Positions 16,712-28,191 are shown, counted from the first letter of the stretch. The stretch: 64,000 nt of DNA from an uncultured Planctomycetaceae bacterium (GCA_963823895.1 CAWGNG010000031.1:148214-212213), one strand, 5' to 3'. Made by a program: numbers and translations. Notes: generated from the letters alone by a model not told the origin.

Positions 16712-19700
16712 ATGCTACGCAACCCCCGCATGGATGCTAGGTGGGCTATGAATACTACCGAGCCGGCGCCGCTGAATTCTCGTTCGTGGTGGGAAGACTA
16801 CTTCGCCAGGCAGTGGGACGAATATGGCGGCCGCGACCAGACCACGTACTTCATGCGGCGACTGATCGAGAGTCTCCCGCCCGCGGAGAACGAGTACCTC
16901 TCCCTGCGGGAAGCGAGCGTTTTGGACTGGGGTTGCGCATTTGGCAACGGGGTCGACGTGCTCGGGAAGACGTTTCCCCGCTGCCGCCCCGTCGGCATCG
17001 ACTTCGCCAAGCGTGCCGTTGCCGAGGCGCGGCGGCTCTTCCCGCAATACGAATTCCAGCATACCGAGCGGGGGGAGATTGCCGGCAAGTTCGACGTGAT
17101 CGTCACCTCGAATTGCTTGGAGCATTTCGACGATCCGGTCGCGTTGATCCGGCAGCATTTGCAGAGTTGCGGCAGCTTCTATGCCGCGATGGTTCCATAC
17201 CGCGAGGCGCCGCTGCACCCGAGCCACGTGGCGCAGTTCCGCGAGGAGTGTTTTCCCGAGCAGATCGGCGGGTTCGCCCGCATCGCCGCCGTGGTCGTCG
17301 ATTGCGGCGTTCCTTGCTGGCCGGGAAAGCAACTGCTCGTCCTCTACGGATCGCATTCGTATCTGCAAGAGCGCGAGGCTTACGCCCGTCGGGCGGAAGA
17401 GCGGCGCAAATGGGACGACTACTACGCCGTGCTGCCGATGTTCGACGACGACGGCGCCGCCCGCGGCTGTAGCGAAGATCTCGCGGAGAGACTCCTCGAG
17501 TTGCTGCCCGCGGAGAGCCGCGTGCTGGAGGCCGGCTGCGGCTCGGGCTGGCAGAGCCTGCTGTTGGCCCGCTCCGGCAAACTGCAATTGACGCTGATGG
17601 ACTTCTCGCAGGAGGCCCTCGCCTGCGCAAAACGCAGTTTTGCCGAGCGCAGCTTGTCGGCTGACTTCGTTTGCCAAGACGTGTTTGCTCCCGGCGAAGC
17701 GCAGTACGATCTCGTGTTCAACGCCGGGGCGCTCGCCAATTACGCCTTTGACGAGCAGGTCGCCTTTCTTCGCGGGATGGCCAGCCGCAGTCGCAAGTAC
17801 GTGCTCGCCGTGTCGCCGAACCCGACGTGCTACTGGTACTGGGTGTGGCGGATGCAGCGTTCGAGCCGCGGCGAGTGGCCGTTCGGCAAGGAGGCGCCGA
17901 TCGCCGATCTGGCAACGTCCTTCCAGGCCGCCGGCCTGACGTTTCTCGGTCAAATGTACGGCGACGGACGGTGGAGCGAATCGTTCCTCAAGGGCTTGGA
18001 CGGTCTGGACGACTCGCTGCGCGAAGAGTTGCTCGCGTTGCACCGCACTGCGGCCATTCCCGAGCAGTGGCGAGCGCCCTTGCTGGTGGGATTGGGGTGC
18101 AAGGGGGAAGCGTCCGAAGTCCCCACTTGCTGGCGCAAACCGCCGGCATCGCTGGCGTTTTCCGCGGATTCACTGACGGCATCGCTCGCCGATGCGTTGG
18201 CCGCGTCGGTGGCGGCCGAACGTCGGCTAAAACGGTTCGAGGCGACGCTCGCCGAAAAACAGCAGCAATGGAATTGCGAATGCGCCGCCCAGAAGGCGGC
18301 CGCCGAGGAGAAAGACCGCCAGTGGCAGCGCCAGCTTGCAGTCGAAAAAGAGGCGTGCGATACGCTTGCCGGGCGATTGGACGCCATCGAGAATTCCCGC
18401 GGCTACAGGGCATTGCAGTCGTTTTGGCAGACCAAGGCGCGGTTGGTCCCCAGCGGCAGCATTCGCCACAAAACACTCAAGGCCGGCTGGAAGTCGCTGC
18501 ACGGCGACTTCGCGTATCTGCGGCGGCTGGCCCCGGCAAAGACCTGCCGGGCTGCCGCAGCACGTGTCGGCCTGTGGTTGGCGCCCCAGGGCAGCCTCCG
18601 CGAGCGCTGCCTGCGCAAAGCCACGCAGAAAGCCCATTGGGCCAGTTGCCGGGTCGTCAGCCAGCCGGGCATGGACCTGGCCGGCGTTCTCCGCCAGTGC
18701 GAAGACCGCAAGGGCATCATCGTCTACCCGCCGTTCATCGACTGGAGTTGGATGCGTCAGCGGCCGCACCAACTGATGACGCAATTCGCTCAGGCCGGCT
18801 ACCTCTCGCTGTTCTGCTCGCCGAAGTGCCGCTCCGACTTGTTTCGCGGGTTCGTGCGCTTGGACGCGCGGCTCTACTTGTGCGACTCGCTCGATCCGTT
18901 GTACGACCTTCCTCATCCGATCCTGCTGATCGGCTGGACAGGCCACTGGCCGACGATCCAGCGGTTCCGTTCCCCTTTGCTGATTTACGATTACCTTGAC
19001 GACTTGAGCGTGTCGGCGCACCACGGTGTGCCCGACCAGAAGAAGCTCGACTTGCACAACAAGATGGCCAGCAGCGCGGACGTCGTACTGGCCACGGCGC
19101 GGCGGCTTCATGACGAGGTGCGTCGGCTTCGCCCCGACGCTCTTTACTGCCCGAACGGCGTCACTTACGAGGATTTCCACCTGACGTCGCCCCCGCCCGT
19201 GCCAGCCGACATCGCCGACGTCGTGCAGTCGGGCCGGCCGATCGTCGGCTATTACGGGGCGCTGCGCGCTGGTTCGATTACGAACTCTTGGCCGAGGCCG
19301 CGCGGAAGCACCCGAGCTTCGAGTTCGTGTTGGTCGGCCCGAATTTCGATCGCTCGCTGCTGCCGCAGCCTTTGATCCGCTTGCCGAACGTTCGCTGGCT
19401 GGGCCAGAAACAATACGAGGATCTGCCGGCATATCTGTATTACTTCACGGTCGCCACAATTCCCTTCGTCATCAACGACATCACGACTGCCTGCTCTCCG
19501 GCTAAGCTGTTCGAATACATGGCCGGCGGAAAGCCGATCGTGACCACCGACATGCCGGAGTGCCGCGAGTATACCTGCGTGATGGTCGCCCGCAACGCCT
19601 CCGAATACGTGGCGATGCTCGACGAGGCGGCGTGCCGCGGGAAGTGGGAGTCGTACCAGCAAGCGATCAACCGCAACGCGCAGGCCAACACCTGGCGGGC

Positions 19701-19779
19701 GAGGGCGGAGCAGATTCTCGCCCGCGTCGAGGAGGTCGCCGCCTCGCGGCGGCACTCGGCCCGAGCATCGGCGGCTTAA
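16712..19779 (+). CDS. Fused dual SAM-methyltransferase / coiled-coil / glycosyltransferase (GT1/GT4-like) protein, frameshifted near 19269
   Basis: Two class I MTase motifs (VLDWGCAFGNG...SNCLEHFDDP; VLEAGCGSGWQS...), a coiled-coil segment around aa 500-560, and a C-terminal GT domain. GYYGAL | WFDYELLAEAARKHPSFEFVLVGP joins ORFs 16712-19375 and 19288-19779. Confidence 0.7.
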
Positions 19780-19916
19780 GCGCGAATTGTCCCAACAAGC
19801 ACCATCCACCTCGCAACTACATTTCTATTTCGATTATCCAATTGCATCCTTTCCCATTCGGCTTTTTCGTGCAAGATTGCGGAGAGTATGCCCATTGACG
19901 CCAGAAGGAGAACGCA

Positions 19917-21821
19917 ATGGCAAACGCCTCGTCACGATCGCCCGCTGCCGGCACGAACCCGCGCAAAAAGAGAATTTCCGTGGTCTTCGTCAACCTCTTC
20001 GCGCCGCAGCGCTACCTGACGTTTGGGCTGCCTCTGAGTCTTGAGGTATTGACCGGCGATCTGCGGGGAGAATACCCCGGCCAAGTCGAAGTCACGATCC
20101 TCGACATGCAAACGGGCCTTTCCGCGGACGACGTCGTTCGTCGCATTCGACAACTCAACCCCGACGTCCTCGGCATCACCATCAAAGTCACCGAGCGGAA
20201 GCTCGCCGAAAAGATCCTCGACCCCGTCCTCGCCGCCGACTTTCCCAGAGAGAAGCGTCCGCGATACATCATCGTCGGCGGCCACAGACCGCGGTTCTTC
20301 AACGAGGAGTTCCTCTCGAAGTACGACGACGTCCTTATTTGCACCAGCGAAGGCGAGTTGACGATGCGCGGCCTTGTCGATTTGATTCAGGGCCGCATTT
20401 CATCGCTGCGCGAGATTCCCAACCTGATCTTCAAGGAGGGGGAGGAAGTCGTCCGCACCCCCATCAAGGTCCTCGACCTTCAGCACTATCACCTGCCGAG
20501 CCTGGAGACCTTGGATTTCATCGAGAAGAAGCACGGCATGATTTACAGTGAATCCAGCCGCGGATGCGGCTGGGCCAAATGCACGTTCTGCAGCAGGCAG
20601 TTCGCCCGCGGAACGACGTTGCGGGCGATACCGACGGACGTCGTGGTGAGCAATCTCGAACGGCTCTACCAACGCGGCGCCAGAATCGTCTATTTCACCG
20701 ACGAGGATTTCCTGCTCTATAACCCCGATCGGATCATGGCGATCTCCACCGCGCTGATCGAAAGGAACATTCAACTGTCCTTTTGGATTCAGACCCGCGC
20801 CGACAATCTGTACAGCCCGTCCGCGACGCCGCAGGAAAACGAGAAGAAGCTCGAAGCCGTCCGCCTCTTTCACAAGGCCGGGTTGCAGCGGATTTTGTTC
20901 GGCGTCGAAAGCGGCTCGCCGAGCCAGGCGCGGCGCTACAACAAGGGGATTGACCTGAACTCGATCGCCCGGGCAACGAAAATCGCCAAGGACGTCGGTC
21001 TGCAAGTCGAAACCGGCTTTATCCCGATCGACCCCTACGTGACGCTGGGGGAACTGCAGGAATCCTTGAAATTCATGGAGGCAAACGAACTTCAGGACAG
21101 CATCGTCCGCGTTCTGAACATCGTTTGCCTCTCCGAAGGGGCCGCACTTTTCAAGAAGATCGCCCGCGACGGCCTGGTGTGCGGCGAGCGAGATCCCGAC
21201 TCGCTTTTGATTTCATACAAGATGTACGACCCGGGCATGGAGTACCTGCGCGAAACCGCGCAGAACTGGCTCAACGAGACTTTATCGTTCATCTATGCCC
21301 TGCGGCGCGTCGTCGATGCAAGCCCGCAAGGCGTCATCGAAGAGAAGTATCTCATTCATTTTCGCCGGCTTGATTTCGTTTTTCTGAAAGGGCTGGTGCG
21401 CTTGCTGGCCGCCAAGAGCATCGAGGCGGAGGACATCGACGATCTCTCGCAATGGCTGGCAAACTTGGGATCGCCTACCGAAGAAATTCTGGAGATGGCG
21501 ACCGATCTCGGCAGCGCCGTCGGCAAGGAACTTACCGAGTTGCTTCGTCGGCAATTCGTTGCACGGTTCATCCGCGCGCTTCGCGTCCACAGGGATGCGC
21601 TCGTCTTGTCCTTGGAAAGTGCAATTACCGCCGGTTTGATTGCCGACGGCGAGGGATTTCTGCTTCAGGGGATCGCCGAGATCAAGAGCATTGAAGGCAC
21701 CCGATCCAGGTTGGCTTTCCTCAGGGACACTGCCCGCGAGAACGCGCGGCGGAAGCAATTGCGGCAATTCGCCGAGCAGGCAGAGCGGACCGCCGTACAC
21801 AGTGAGGCGCGATCGGCCTAA
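19917..21821 (+). CDS. B12-binding-domain radical SAM protein with an uncharacterised C-terminal extension
   Basis: N-terminal cobalamin-binding-like Rossmann region (DVLGITIKV...IIVGGH), cluster region SSRGCGWAKCTFC, and GVESGS (the radical-SAM GGE-like motif). About 200 aa at the C-terminus match no motif I recognise. AGGAG lies before the ATG. Confidence 0.8.
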   Translation: MANASSRSPAAGTNPRKKRISVVFVNLFAPQRYLTFGLPLSLEVLTGDLRGEYPGQVEVTILDMQTGLSADDVVRRIRQLNPDVLGITIKVTERKLAEKILDPVLAADFPREKRPRYIIVGGHRPRFFNEEFLSKYDDVLICTSEGELTMRGLVDLIQGRISSLREIPNLIFKEGEEVVRTPIKVLDLQHYHLPSLETLDFIEKKHGMIYSESSRGCGWAKCTFCSRQFARGTTLRAIPTDVVVSNLERLYQRGARIVYFTDEDFLLYNPDRIMAISTALIERNIQLSFWIQTRADNLYSPSATPQENEKKLEAVRLFHKAGLQRILFGVESGSPSQARRYNKGIDLNSIARATKIAKDVGLQVETGFIPIDPYVTLGELQESLKFMEANELQDSIVRVLNIVCLSEGAALFKKIARDGLVCGERDPDSLLISYKMYDPGMEYLRETAQNWLNETLSFIYALRRVVDASPQGVIEEKYLIHFRRLDFVFLKGLVRLLAAKSIEAEDIDDLSQWLANLGSPTEEILEMATDLGSAVGKELTELLRRQFVARFIRALRVHRDALVLSLESAITAGLIADGEGFLLQGIAEIKSIEGTRSRLAFLRDTARENARRKQLRQFAEQAERTAVHSEARSA

Positions 21822-21840
21822 CAGTCAAGGGGGCGCACCG

Positions 21841-24128
21841 ATGAGCAGACAGGACGTGGACGGCTTGGGGGAACAGTTGCAGACGGCCAAGCGTCGCATC
21901 CGCGAGTTGGAGATCGAACTGCAATCGGTCCACACGCGGCTGCACCAGATCACCACGAGCCGGACTTGGGGGATCGTCGTATTCTTCCAGCGCGTCCGCT
22001 ATTGGCTCTGGAGCGGCCCGGCCGACCAGCGCCGCCGCAAGGCCCGCGAGCTCGCCAAACGGCTGCTGCGGAAAGTCGGCCTCTATCCGCTTGCCCGATG
22101 GGGCTGGCGGCAGGCGCGGAGAGTGAAAACGCGTCTCCAGCGGCAAGGCGTCGCCGATGCCGAGCCGCAACCGGCCGCCGAGATTCTCGCCGACGACGGC
22201 CCGCGGGGTTACGACGTGATCTGCCTGCCGGTGATCCTGTGGAACTCGCGTTTTCAGCGGCCGCAGCAGATCGCGGACCAGTTCGCCCGCCGCGGGCATC
22301 GCGTCTTCTACGCCTCGCTCGGTTTCTGCGGAGGAAAAACCGTGCGGCTTGTCCGGCAACGTCCCGGCGTGTTCGAGATGACGCTGCCCGGCGCCCCAGG
22401 CGTGAACGTCTACCGCGAACTGCCCGCGGAAGCCGACGTGGCGCGCATGGCCGACGCCATCGACCGGCTGCGCGTCGAGGGCCGCCTGGCCTCCGCCGTC
22501 GTGGTCGTGCAGTTGCCCTTCTGGACCACGCTGGCCGAGCGGCTGCGGGAGCGGTTCGGCTGGCCGGTGGTCTACGATTGCATGGACGACCACTCCGGCT
22601 TCTCGACGAATTGCGAGTCGATGCTCCGCGCGGAAGACCGCACGATCGCCAGCGCCGATCTCGTTGTCGTCACCGCCGATCTGCTCGAAACGAAGGTCCG
22701 CGCGAAAGCACGGCGAACCACGCTCATTCGCAACGCATGTGAGTACGAGCATTTCGCCGCCGCGGGCAGCCGTTTAGCAGCCGCCGGCACGGCGGCTAGG
22801 GGTGCCCTCGGGGCCGACGTGCCGTCGGCCGCTAAACGAACGGAAGCGGAACCTCCGAACGCTCGGAGACCCACCGTCGGCTTCTACGGGGCCATTGCCG
22901 AGTGGTTTGACGCCGATCTGGTCGCCGATTTGGCCGAATTGCGGCCGGGGTGGAAGTTCGAGTTGATCGGCAGCACGTTGACCGGCGACGTGTCGCGGCT
23001 GGAGAAGTTGCCGAACGTCACGCTATTGGGCGAGAAGCCCTACGCCGAACTGCCGCGGCTGGTGGCCGCTTGGGACTGCTTCCTCATCCCCTTCAAACGG
23101 ATTCCGCTGACCGAGGCCACCAACCCGGTCAAAGGTTATGAGATGCTGGCGACCGGCAAGCCGGTGGTCGCGGTGAATCTGCCGGAATTGCGGCCGATGG
23201 CCCGCGACGGGCTGCTGACGATCGCCGACGATGCCGGCGGATTCGCCCGCGCGATCGACCGCGCCTTGGCCGAGGACGACGACCGCCTTCGCCAGCGCCG
23301 CCGCGATTTCGCCGCACGAAACACCTGGAGCGACCGTTGCGACGCCTTCGACGCCGCCGTGCGCGGGCTGTTCCCGCCGGCGTCGATCATTATCGTCACC
23401 TACAACAACCTCGCCCTGACGCAGATGTGCCTGGAGAGCGTCTTCAGCGAGACCGAGTATCCGAACTTCGAGGTGATCGCGGTCGATAACGCCTCGCACG
23501 ACGGCACGGCCGAGTGGCTCGCCGACGAGGCGACGCGGCAACCGCGCCTGCGTGTGATTCGCAACGCCGACAACCGCGGCTTCTCGGGAGCGAACAACCA
23601 GGGGCTGCGCAGGCCCGCGGCCAGTTCCTCTGCCTGTTGAACAACGATACCGTCGTCAGCCACGGCTGGCTCTCGACCATGATCGAACGCCTGCGCACGT
23701 TGCCGCAAACGGGAATGATCGGGCCGGTGAGCAACATGGTCGGCAACGAGGCGAAGATACCGGTCGGATACACGGCGATCGCCGACATGCCGCGCTGGGC
23801 CGCCGACTATTGCCGCCGCCACGACGGCGAGACGGCGGTGATGAAGATGCTCGGTTTCTTCTGCGTCCTGCTCCGCCGCGAGGTGTACGAGAAGGTGGGG
23901 GAAATGGACGAGCAGTTTGGCGTCGGCTTCTTCGAGGATACCGACTACTGTTACCGCGCCGCCCGTGCCGGCTACCAACTGCTCTGCGCCCGCGATGCCT
24001 TCGTCCATCACTGGCAGGGAGCTGCGTTCCGCCTGCTGGGGCACGACGGCCATGCCAAAATCTACCAGCAAAACCAACGCCTGTTCGAATCGAAGTGGGG
24101 CGCCGACAGCATGGCGGGGGCCTATTAG
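21841..24128 (+). CDS. Fused glycosyltransferase (GT1/GT4-like N-domain plus GT2 C-domain), frameshifted near 23610
   Basis: N-terminal half resembles the GT domain of 16712-19779 (VGFYGAIAEWFDADLV..., EATNPVKGYEMLATGKPVV). C-terminal half is GT2: IIIVTYNN...AVDNASHDGT...NRGFSGANNQGLR | QARGQFLCLLNNDT...EDTDYC. Joins ORFs 21640-23640 and 23514-24128. Confidence 0.75.
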
Positions 24129-24133
24129 CAACC

Positions 24134-24230
24134 GTACTCCTCACGCTCCGCGTGAGGTGGATCGCAGAGGAAGAGACCTCACGCGGAGCGTGACGAGTAC
24201 AGAGATCTCACGCCAAGCGTGAGGAGTGCG
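24134..24230. repeat. Hairpin repeat, family C (TCACGCTCCGCGTGA type), three modules
   Basis: GTACTCCTCACGCTCCGCGTGAGG ... CCTCACGCGGAGCGTGACGAGTAC ... CTCACGCCAAGCGTGAGGAGTG. Fills the gap between stop 24128 and start 24236. Confidence 0.8.
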
Positions 24231-24235
24231 TTGTC

Positions 24236-27103
24236 ATGAAGTCGCTCGAACCAATTGCCGCAAATCCTGTAAGGCGCATGGGCGTCGGGCAACTCGCGTT
24301 GGCAGTGGCCGCGGCTTGGTTCGGCGTACACGCGGCGATCTACGCCGTCGAGATGTGCCGACTCGACGGCGTCCTCTATAGACACGTCGAACACGTGCTG
24401 AAGCACTTCTTTGGTTGGCAGGTGGCCGGTTTCCTCGTCGCCGCAATCGTGGTGTCGAGGCGGCGGCCGTCGGCGGTGGGCCGCGTGCTCGGCGGCTATC
24501 TCGCGCTATCGACGGCGGCGTTGCTGGCGTTCGCGCAGGACGCCGCGATGTTTGCCCCACTGGCCGTGTTGCTCTTGTGGACCACCTGCGCCGTGTACGG
24601 GATGCGGCTAGCGATCGCCCGCGCGGCCGGCCAGCGATACGCGACCTGGGGTGTCGCCGCGGCCGCCGTCTACGCGGCGCTCGTGCCAATCTGCTTCTTC
24701 TTGGGCGTCCTGCACGCGATCACTCCGCCGATCGTGGCCGCGTTGGCGGTGATCGCGGCGGCGCCCGGCGCCGTCGCTTGGCTGCGTCGCTTGGCCAGCA
24801 GGGGCGTTGTAGGAGGCGACTCCTGTCGCCGATGGCGGCAGGGCGATACCAAAGATCGGCGACCGGAGTCGCCTCCTACAACGGACGCGGAGCGTGGAAA
24901 CCCGAATTCCATCGTCGCCTGGTGCTTGCTCGAAGTGATTTGGGCGATCCTGGCCGTCGAGTTCATCGGCGCCAGCACCCCCGAGGTCGCTTTCGACGCC
25001 ACGCGGGTGTATCTGCCCTATATGCTGCGGGCGGTCGCCGACCACGGGCTGTCGCACCAGTACGCCAGTTGGTATCGGCTGCAACCGATGGCGGTGCAGA
25101 CTTACAGCGCGGCGATCATTGCCGTCGGCTCGATCGCGGCCGCGAAGTGGTTTTCCTGGCTGGCTCTGGCTGCGTTGCTGCTGCTGGTGTCCGAGGAGGT
25201 CGAGTGCCGCAGCGGCTCGCGCGGACTGGGGCTATTCGCCGCCGCCGCCGTTCTTAGTTGCCCGCTGTTGGCGCAGCTTTCCGCATCGCTCTATGTCGAT
25301 CACGTGCTGGCGCTGCTGTGCAGTGCCGCATTCATCGTGCTGTTCCGAGCGTTGCGCCCGCCGTGTTTGCGCGGCATTCTGCTTTCGGCGGCGATCATGG
25401 CCTCGGCGGCTCAAGTGAAGTATACGGGTCTTATTTTCACTGTCGTATGGAGTTTCTTCCTGGCAGCCGTTCTATTGCGGAAGCGCGGCTGGCGCGTCAG
25501 TCTGCGATGGTTGCCTTTGGCGGGCGGTTTGTATGCGGCCCTGGCCTTGCCCTGGTACGTGTACGTCTACTTGGGCACGGGAAATCCCTTTTATCCTTTC
25601 TTGCACCACTGGTTCCCGTCGCCTTATTGGGTCGACAACTTCACGCTTCAAGAAGTCTTCGAGGTAGCCTTCAATCTGCCGCCCGGCATCGGCGGCGTCG
25701 CAGCGTCTCCCTGGTTGGCTACTTACCGCACCAGCAGCCTTGTCGAAGGATATGGCGGCGATCTCGGCTTCTGGGCCCTCGCCTTGGCGCCTTGCTTGTT
25801 TCTCGCGTGGCTGGCGCGAGGAAAGACGGTAGCAGGAACGGACGGCGTGTCCAGTGGGGCAGACATTCTTGTCTGCCCTACGTTCGTTGCTTCTCGCGGC
25901 AGACAGGAATGTCTGCCCCACCGTGCTGAGAAGTGGCGGCTAGGCGGCGGCAATCCCTGCTACTGGGATATGGCCGTCGTCGGCATCGCAATGATCGCCG
26001 GCGTCGGCACCTACACGCCGTACGTGCGATATTGGCTGCCCGCCTATCCCCTCTTGGTCGCCTCGTGCGTGCTGGCCGCCGGATCGTTGTTGCGCTCGAT
26101 CTCTTGGCGTCTGGAAGGGCGCTGGCCGCCGGTCCTTGCCGGCGCCGCCCTGCTGCTGTTGCTGTTCCTGCCGGCGCCGGTCCTCTGCATCAATAACCCC
26201 TGGGATGCATACGCGAAACGCATCGGCAGGGAAGAATATCTGACAAAGGTGTTCCCGGCCCATCCGGCGGCGCAACAACTCAACAAGATTCTCGCCCCCG
26301 ACAACGGCGTGCTCTGCACCGGCTGCGAAAACGTCTATCTTGTCGGGGGGCGGCCGTACGACTTCGACTTCTGGTGGAACAGAATTCAGCGCGTTGGCGA
26401 CGCCAAATCATTCGCCCAATTCTGCCGCCGTTACGGCATCCGCTACTGGATGGTCAATTCCTTTTCTATGTCCGGCCGCTCCTTCGCCTCGCGCCAGGAC
26501 ATCGTTGGCGACTACTGGGACGATGCGAGGTTGGTGGCGGCATCGGGCATGGTGACGGTTTACGACGTGGCTTCGCCGGCCCGCAACAACCTGCCGAAAG
26601 TGACGCGACACGAATGGCCCAACGTGATTGAGCATCCAGAGAAGTCGTGGACGCTGCTCGACCCGGCCGAGAATTGGGTCAACCTGACCACGGCCGCCGC
26701 GGCCACAAGTTTGGCCAAGGAAGCGATCGCCCTGACAGGCGCCGCGTGGATTGGGCATCGGCTCGAGCCGGAGATTCCGGGGGGAATATGCCGCGTCAGT
26801 CTCGCTTTCTGGTCGAACGAACTCACGGACCCGCTGATGGAAATCACCTGGTACGATGCAAAAGGCAAACTCCTCAGCCGCGTCAACGGCGCCGGTTGCG
26901 GCAAATCAGACTTTGCAGCATGGCTCTGCTCGTCGGTCCCGGCGAGCGCCAAGTGGGGTTGGCTCTATTTGCGGGAGTGGAGACAGAAGCCGATCCATCT
27001 GAAACGTGCGACGGTGACCTACTGGCTACCTTCAACCGCGTCGGCAATGGCCGCAGTGGCCCGGCACGACAAGCCTGACGACGAGACCAAAGGTGTCCGA
27101 TGA
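24236..27103 (+). CDS. Large polytopic membrane protein, probable GT-C-type (ArnT/PMT-like) glycosyltransferase
   Basis: 955 aa with many TM helices in the first ~650 aa and a soluble C-terminal domain. Its stop overlaps the start of a polyprenol-phosphate GT2 (ATGA). Contains two in-frame repeat insertions. Confidence 0.65.
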   Translation: MKSLEPIAANPVRRMGVGQLALAVAAAWFGVHAAIYAVEMCRLDGVLYRHVEHVLKHFFGWQVAGFLVAAIVVSRRRPSAVGRVLGGYLALSTAALLAFAQDAAMFAPLAVLLLWTTCAVYGMRLAIARAAGQRYATWGVAAAAVYAALVPICFFLGVLHAITPPIVAALAVIAAAPGAVAWLRRLASRGVVGGDSCRRWRQGDTKDRRPESPPTTDAERGNPNSIVAWCLLEVIWAILAVEFIGASTPEVAFDATRVYLPYMLRAVADHGLSHQYASWYRLQPMAVQTYSAAIIAVGSIAAAKWFSWLALAALLLLVSEEVECRSGSRGLGLFAAAAVLSCPLLAQLSASLYVDHVLALLCSAAFIVLFRALRPPCLRGILLSAAIMASAAQVKYTGLIFTVVWSFFLAAVLLRKRGWRVSLRWLPLAGGLYAALALPWYVYVYLGTGNPFYPFLHHWFPSPYWVDNFTLQEVFEVAFNLPPGIGGVAASPWLATYRTSSLVEGYGGDLGFWALALAPCLFLAWLARGKTVAGTDGVSSGADILVCPTFVASRGRQECLPHRAEKWRLGGGNPCYWDMAVVGIAMIAGVGTYTPYVRYWLPAYPLLVASCVLAAGSLLRSISWRLEGRWPPVLAGAALLLLLFLPAPVLCINNPWDAYAKRIGREEYLTKVFPAHPAAQQLNKILAPDNGVLCTGCENVYLVGGRPYDFDFWWNRIQRVGDAKSFAQFCRRYGIRYWMVNSFSMSGRSFASRQDIVGDYWDDARLVAASGMVTVYDVASPARNNLPKVTRHEWPNVIEHPEKSWTLLDPAENWVNLTTAAAATSLAKEAIALTGAAWIGHRLEPEIPGGICRVSLAFWSNELTDPLMEITWYDAKGKLLSRVNGAGCGKSDFAAWLCSSVPASAKWGWLYLREWRQKPIHLKRATVTYWLPSTASAMAAVARHDKPDDETKGVR
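24807..24881. repeat. Double-hairpin repeat, family D, inside the GT-C CDS
   Basis: TTGTAGGAGGCGACTCCTGTCGCCGAT ... ATCGGCGACCGGAGTCGCCTCCTACAA. Same family as 12728-12800. Confidence 0.8.
25854..25922. repeat. Double-hairpin repeat, family B, inside the GT-C CDS
   Basis: GTGGGGCAGACATTCTTGTCTGCC ... GGCAGACAGGAATGTCTGCCCCACC. Same family as 28817-28883, 35290-35358 and 50082-50152. Confidence 0.85.
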
Positions 27104-28173
27104 GAGCAAACTCAGCCATAGCGGAAACGCAAGTCGCCGTGGTGATTCCAGCCTACCGTGCCGCGGCCCAGATCGCCGACGTGCTCCGCGGCATTCCGGA
27201 TTTCGTGGCCTGGATCATCGTCGTCGACGATTGCAGCCCGGACGACACTTCCATCGTCGTGCAAAGGGAGGCGCGGCGCGATCCGCGCATCCGGCTGCTG
27301 CGGCACCGCGAGAATCAGGGCGTCGGCGGCGCGGTGCTGACCGGCTACGCCGAGGCGCATCGACTGGGCGCCGAGATCGTGGTGAAGATGGACAGCGACG
27401 GGCAGATGGACCCTGCCCACCTGCCGGCGCTGATCGCTCCGTTGCTCCGCGGCGAGGCCGACTACGTCAAGGGGAACCGCTACCTCCACGCCCGGCAGCT
27501 TCGTTCGATGCCGCTGGCGCGTCGCCTCGGAAACCTCGGTTTGTCGGTCCTGACGAAGCTGGCCTCCGGCTACTGGAACATCTTTGACCCGACCAACGGC
27601 TACACGGCGATTCACGCCGCGCTCGTCCCGCTTTTGAACCAAGAGGCGATCGGGCGGCGGTACTTCTTCGAGAGCAGCATGTTGCTGGAACTGAGCCTGC
27701 TGCGGGCGGTGGTCCGCAACGTCTACATTCCCGCCCGCTACGGCGACGAAACCAGCAACCTCTCGATCCTCAAAACGCTCAGCCAGTTTCCGGCGGCCTT
27801 GCTGAAGGGGTTTTGCCGCCGCGTCTGGATTCAATACGTCGTCCGCGATTTCAGCATCGCCTCGTTGTACGCGGTTGCCGGGCTGGCGCTGTTGCTCTCC
27901 GGCGGGGTGTTCGGGGCGATCCGCTGGTGTTCGTCGGCGCAACAGGGAATCGCCACGCCCACCGGCACCGTGATGCTGGCCGCGCTGCCGGTGTTGCTGG
28001 GCATCCAGTTGCTGTTGCAGGCCGTGAGCCTCGACATCCAGAACCAGCCGAAGCACTGCCTGCACCGCGATGCCCCGGCGAATCAGGAAACCCAGCCCAC
28101 GGCTTTCGCGCCGCCGCCGTTGCCGATCGTCGAACCATCGAAAACCGCTTTGCCGCGTCAGCGGGCCGCGTGA
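27100..28173 (+). CDS. GT2 polyprenol-phosphate glycosyltransferase (GtrB/ArnC/DPM1-like) with C-terminal TM helices
   Basis: VAVVIPAYRAA...IIVVDDCSPDDT...RENQGVGGAVLTGY...KMDSDGQMDP...GNR. Two C-terminal TM helices. Confidence 0.85.
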   Translation: MRANSAIAETQVAVVIPAYRAAAQIADVLRGIPDFVAWIIVVDDCSPDDTSIVVQREARRDPRIRLLRHRENQGVGGAVLTGYAEAHRLGAEIVVKMDSDGQMDPAHLPALIAPLLRGEADYVKGNRYLHARQLRSMPLARRLGNLGLSVLTKLASGYWNIFDPTNGYTAIHAALVPLLNQEAIGRRYFFESSMLLELSLLRAVVRNVYIPARYGDETSNLSILKTLSQFPAALLKGFCRRVWIQYVVRDFSIASLYAVAGLALLLSGGVFGAIRWCSSAQQGIATPTGTVMLAALPVLLGIQLLLQAVSLDIQNQPKHCLHRDAPANQETQPTAFAPPPLPIVEPSKTALPRQRAA

Positions 28174-28191
28174 GTATCGGAGAATCACATT

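Noticed and set aside
16715-18043. 442-aa minus-strand ORF, plus several others within 16.7-19.4 kb
   Set aside because: Antisense or off-frame shadows of the MT-MT-GT gene. No motifs and an extreme Arg/Ala/Pro composition.
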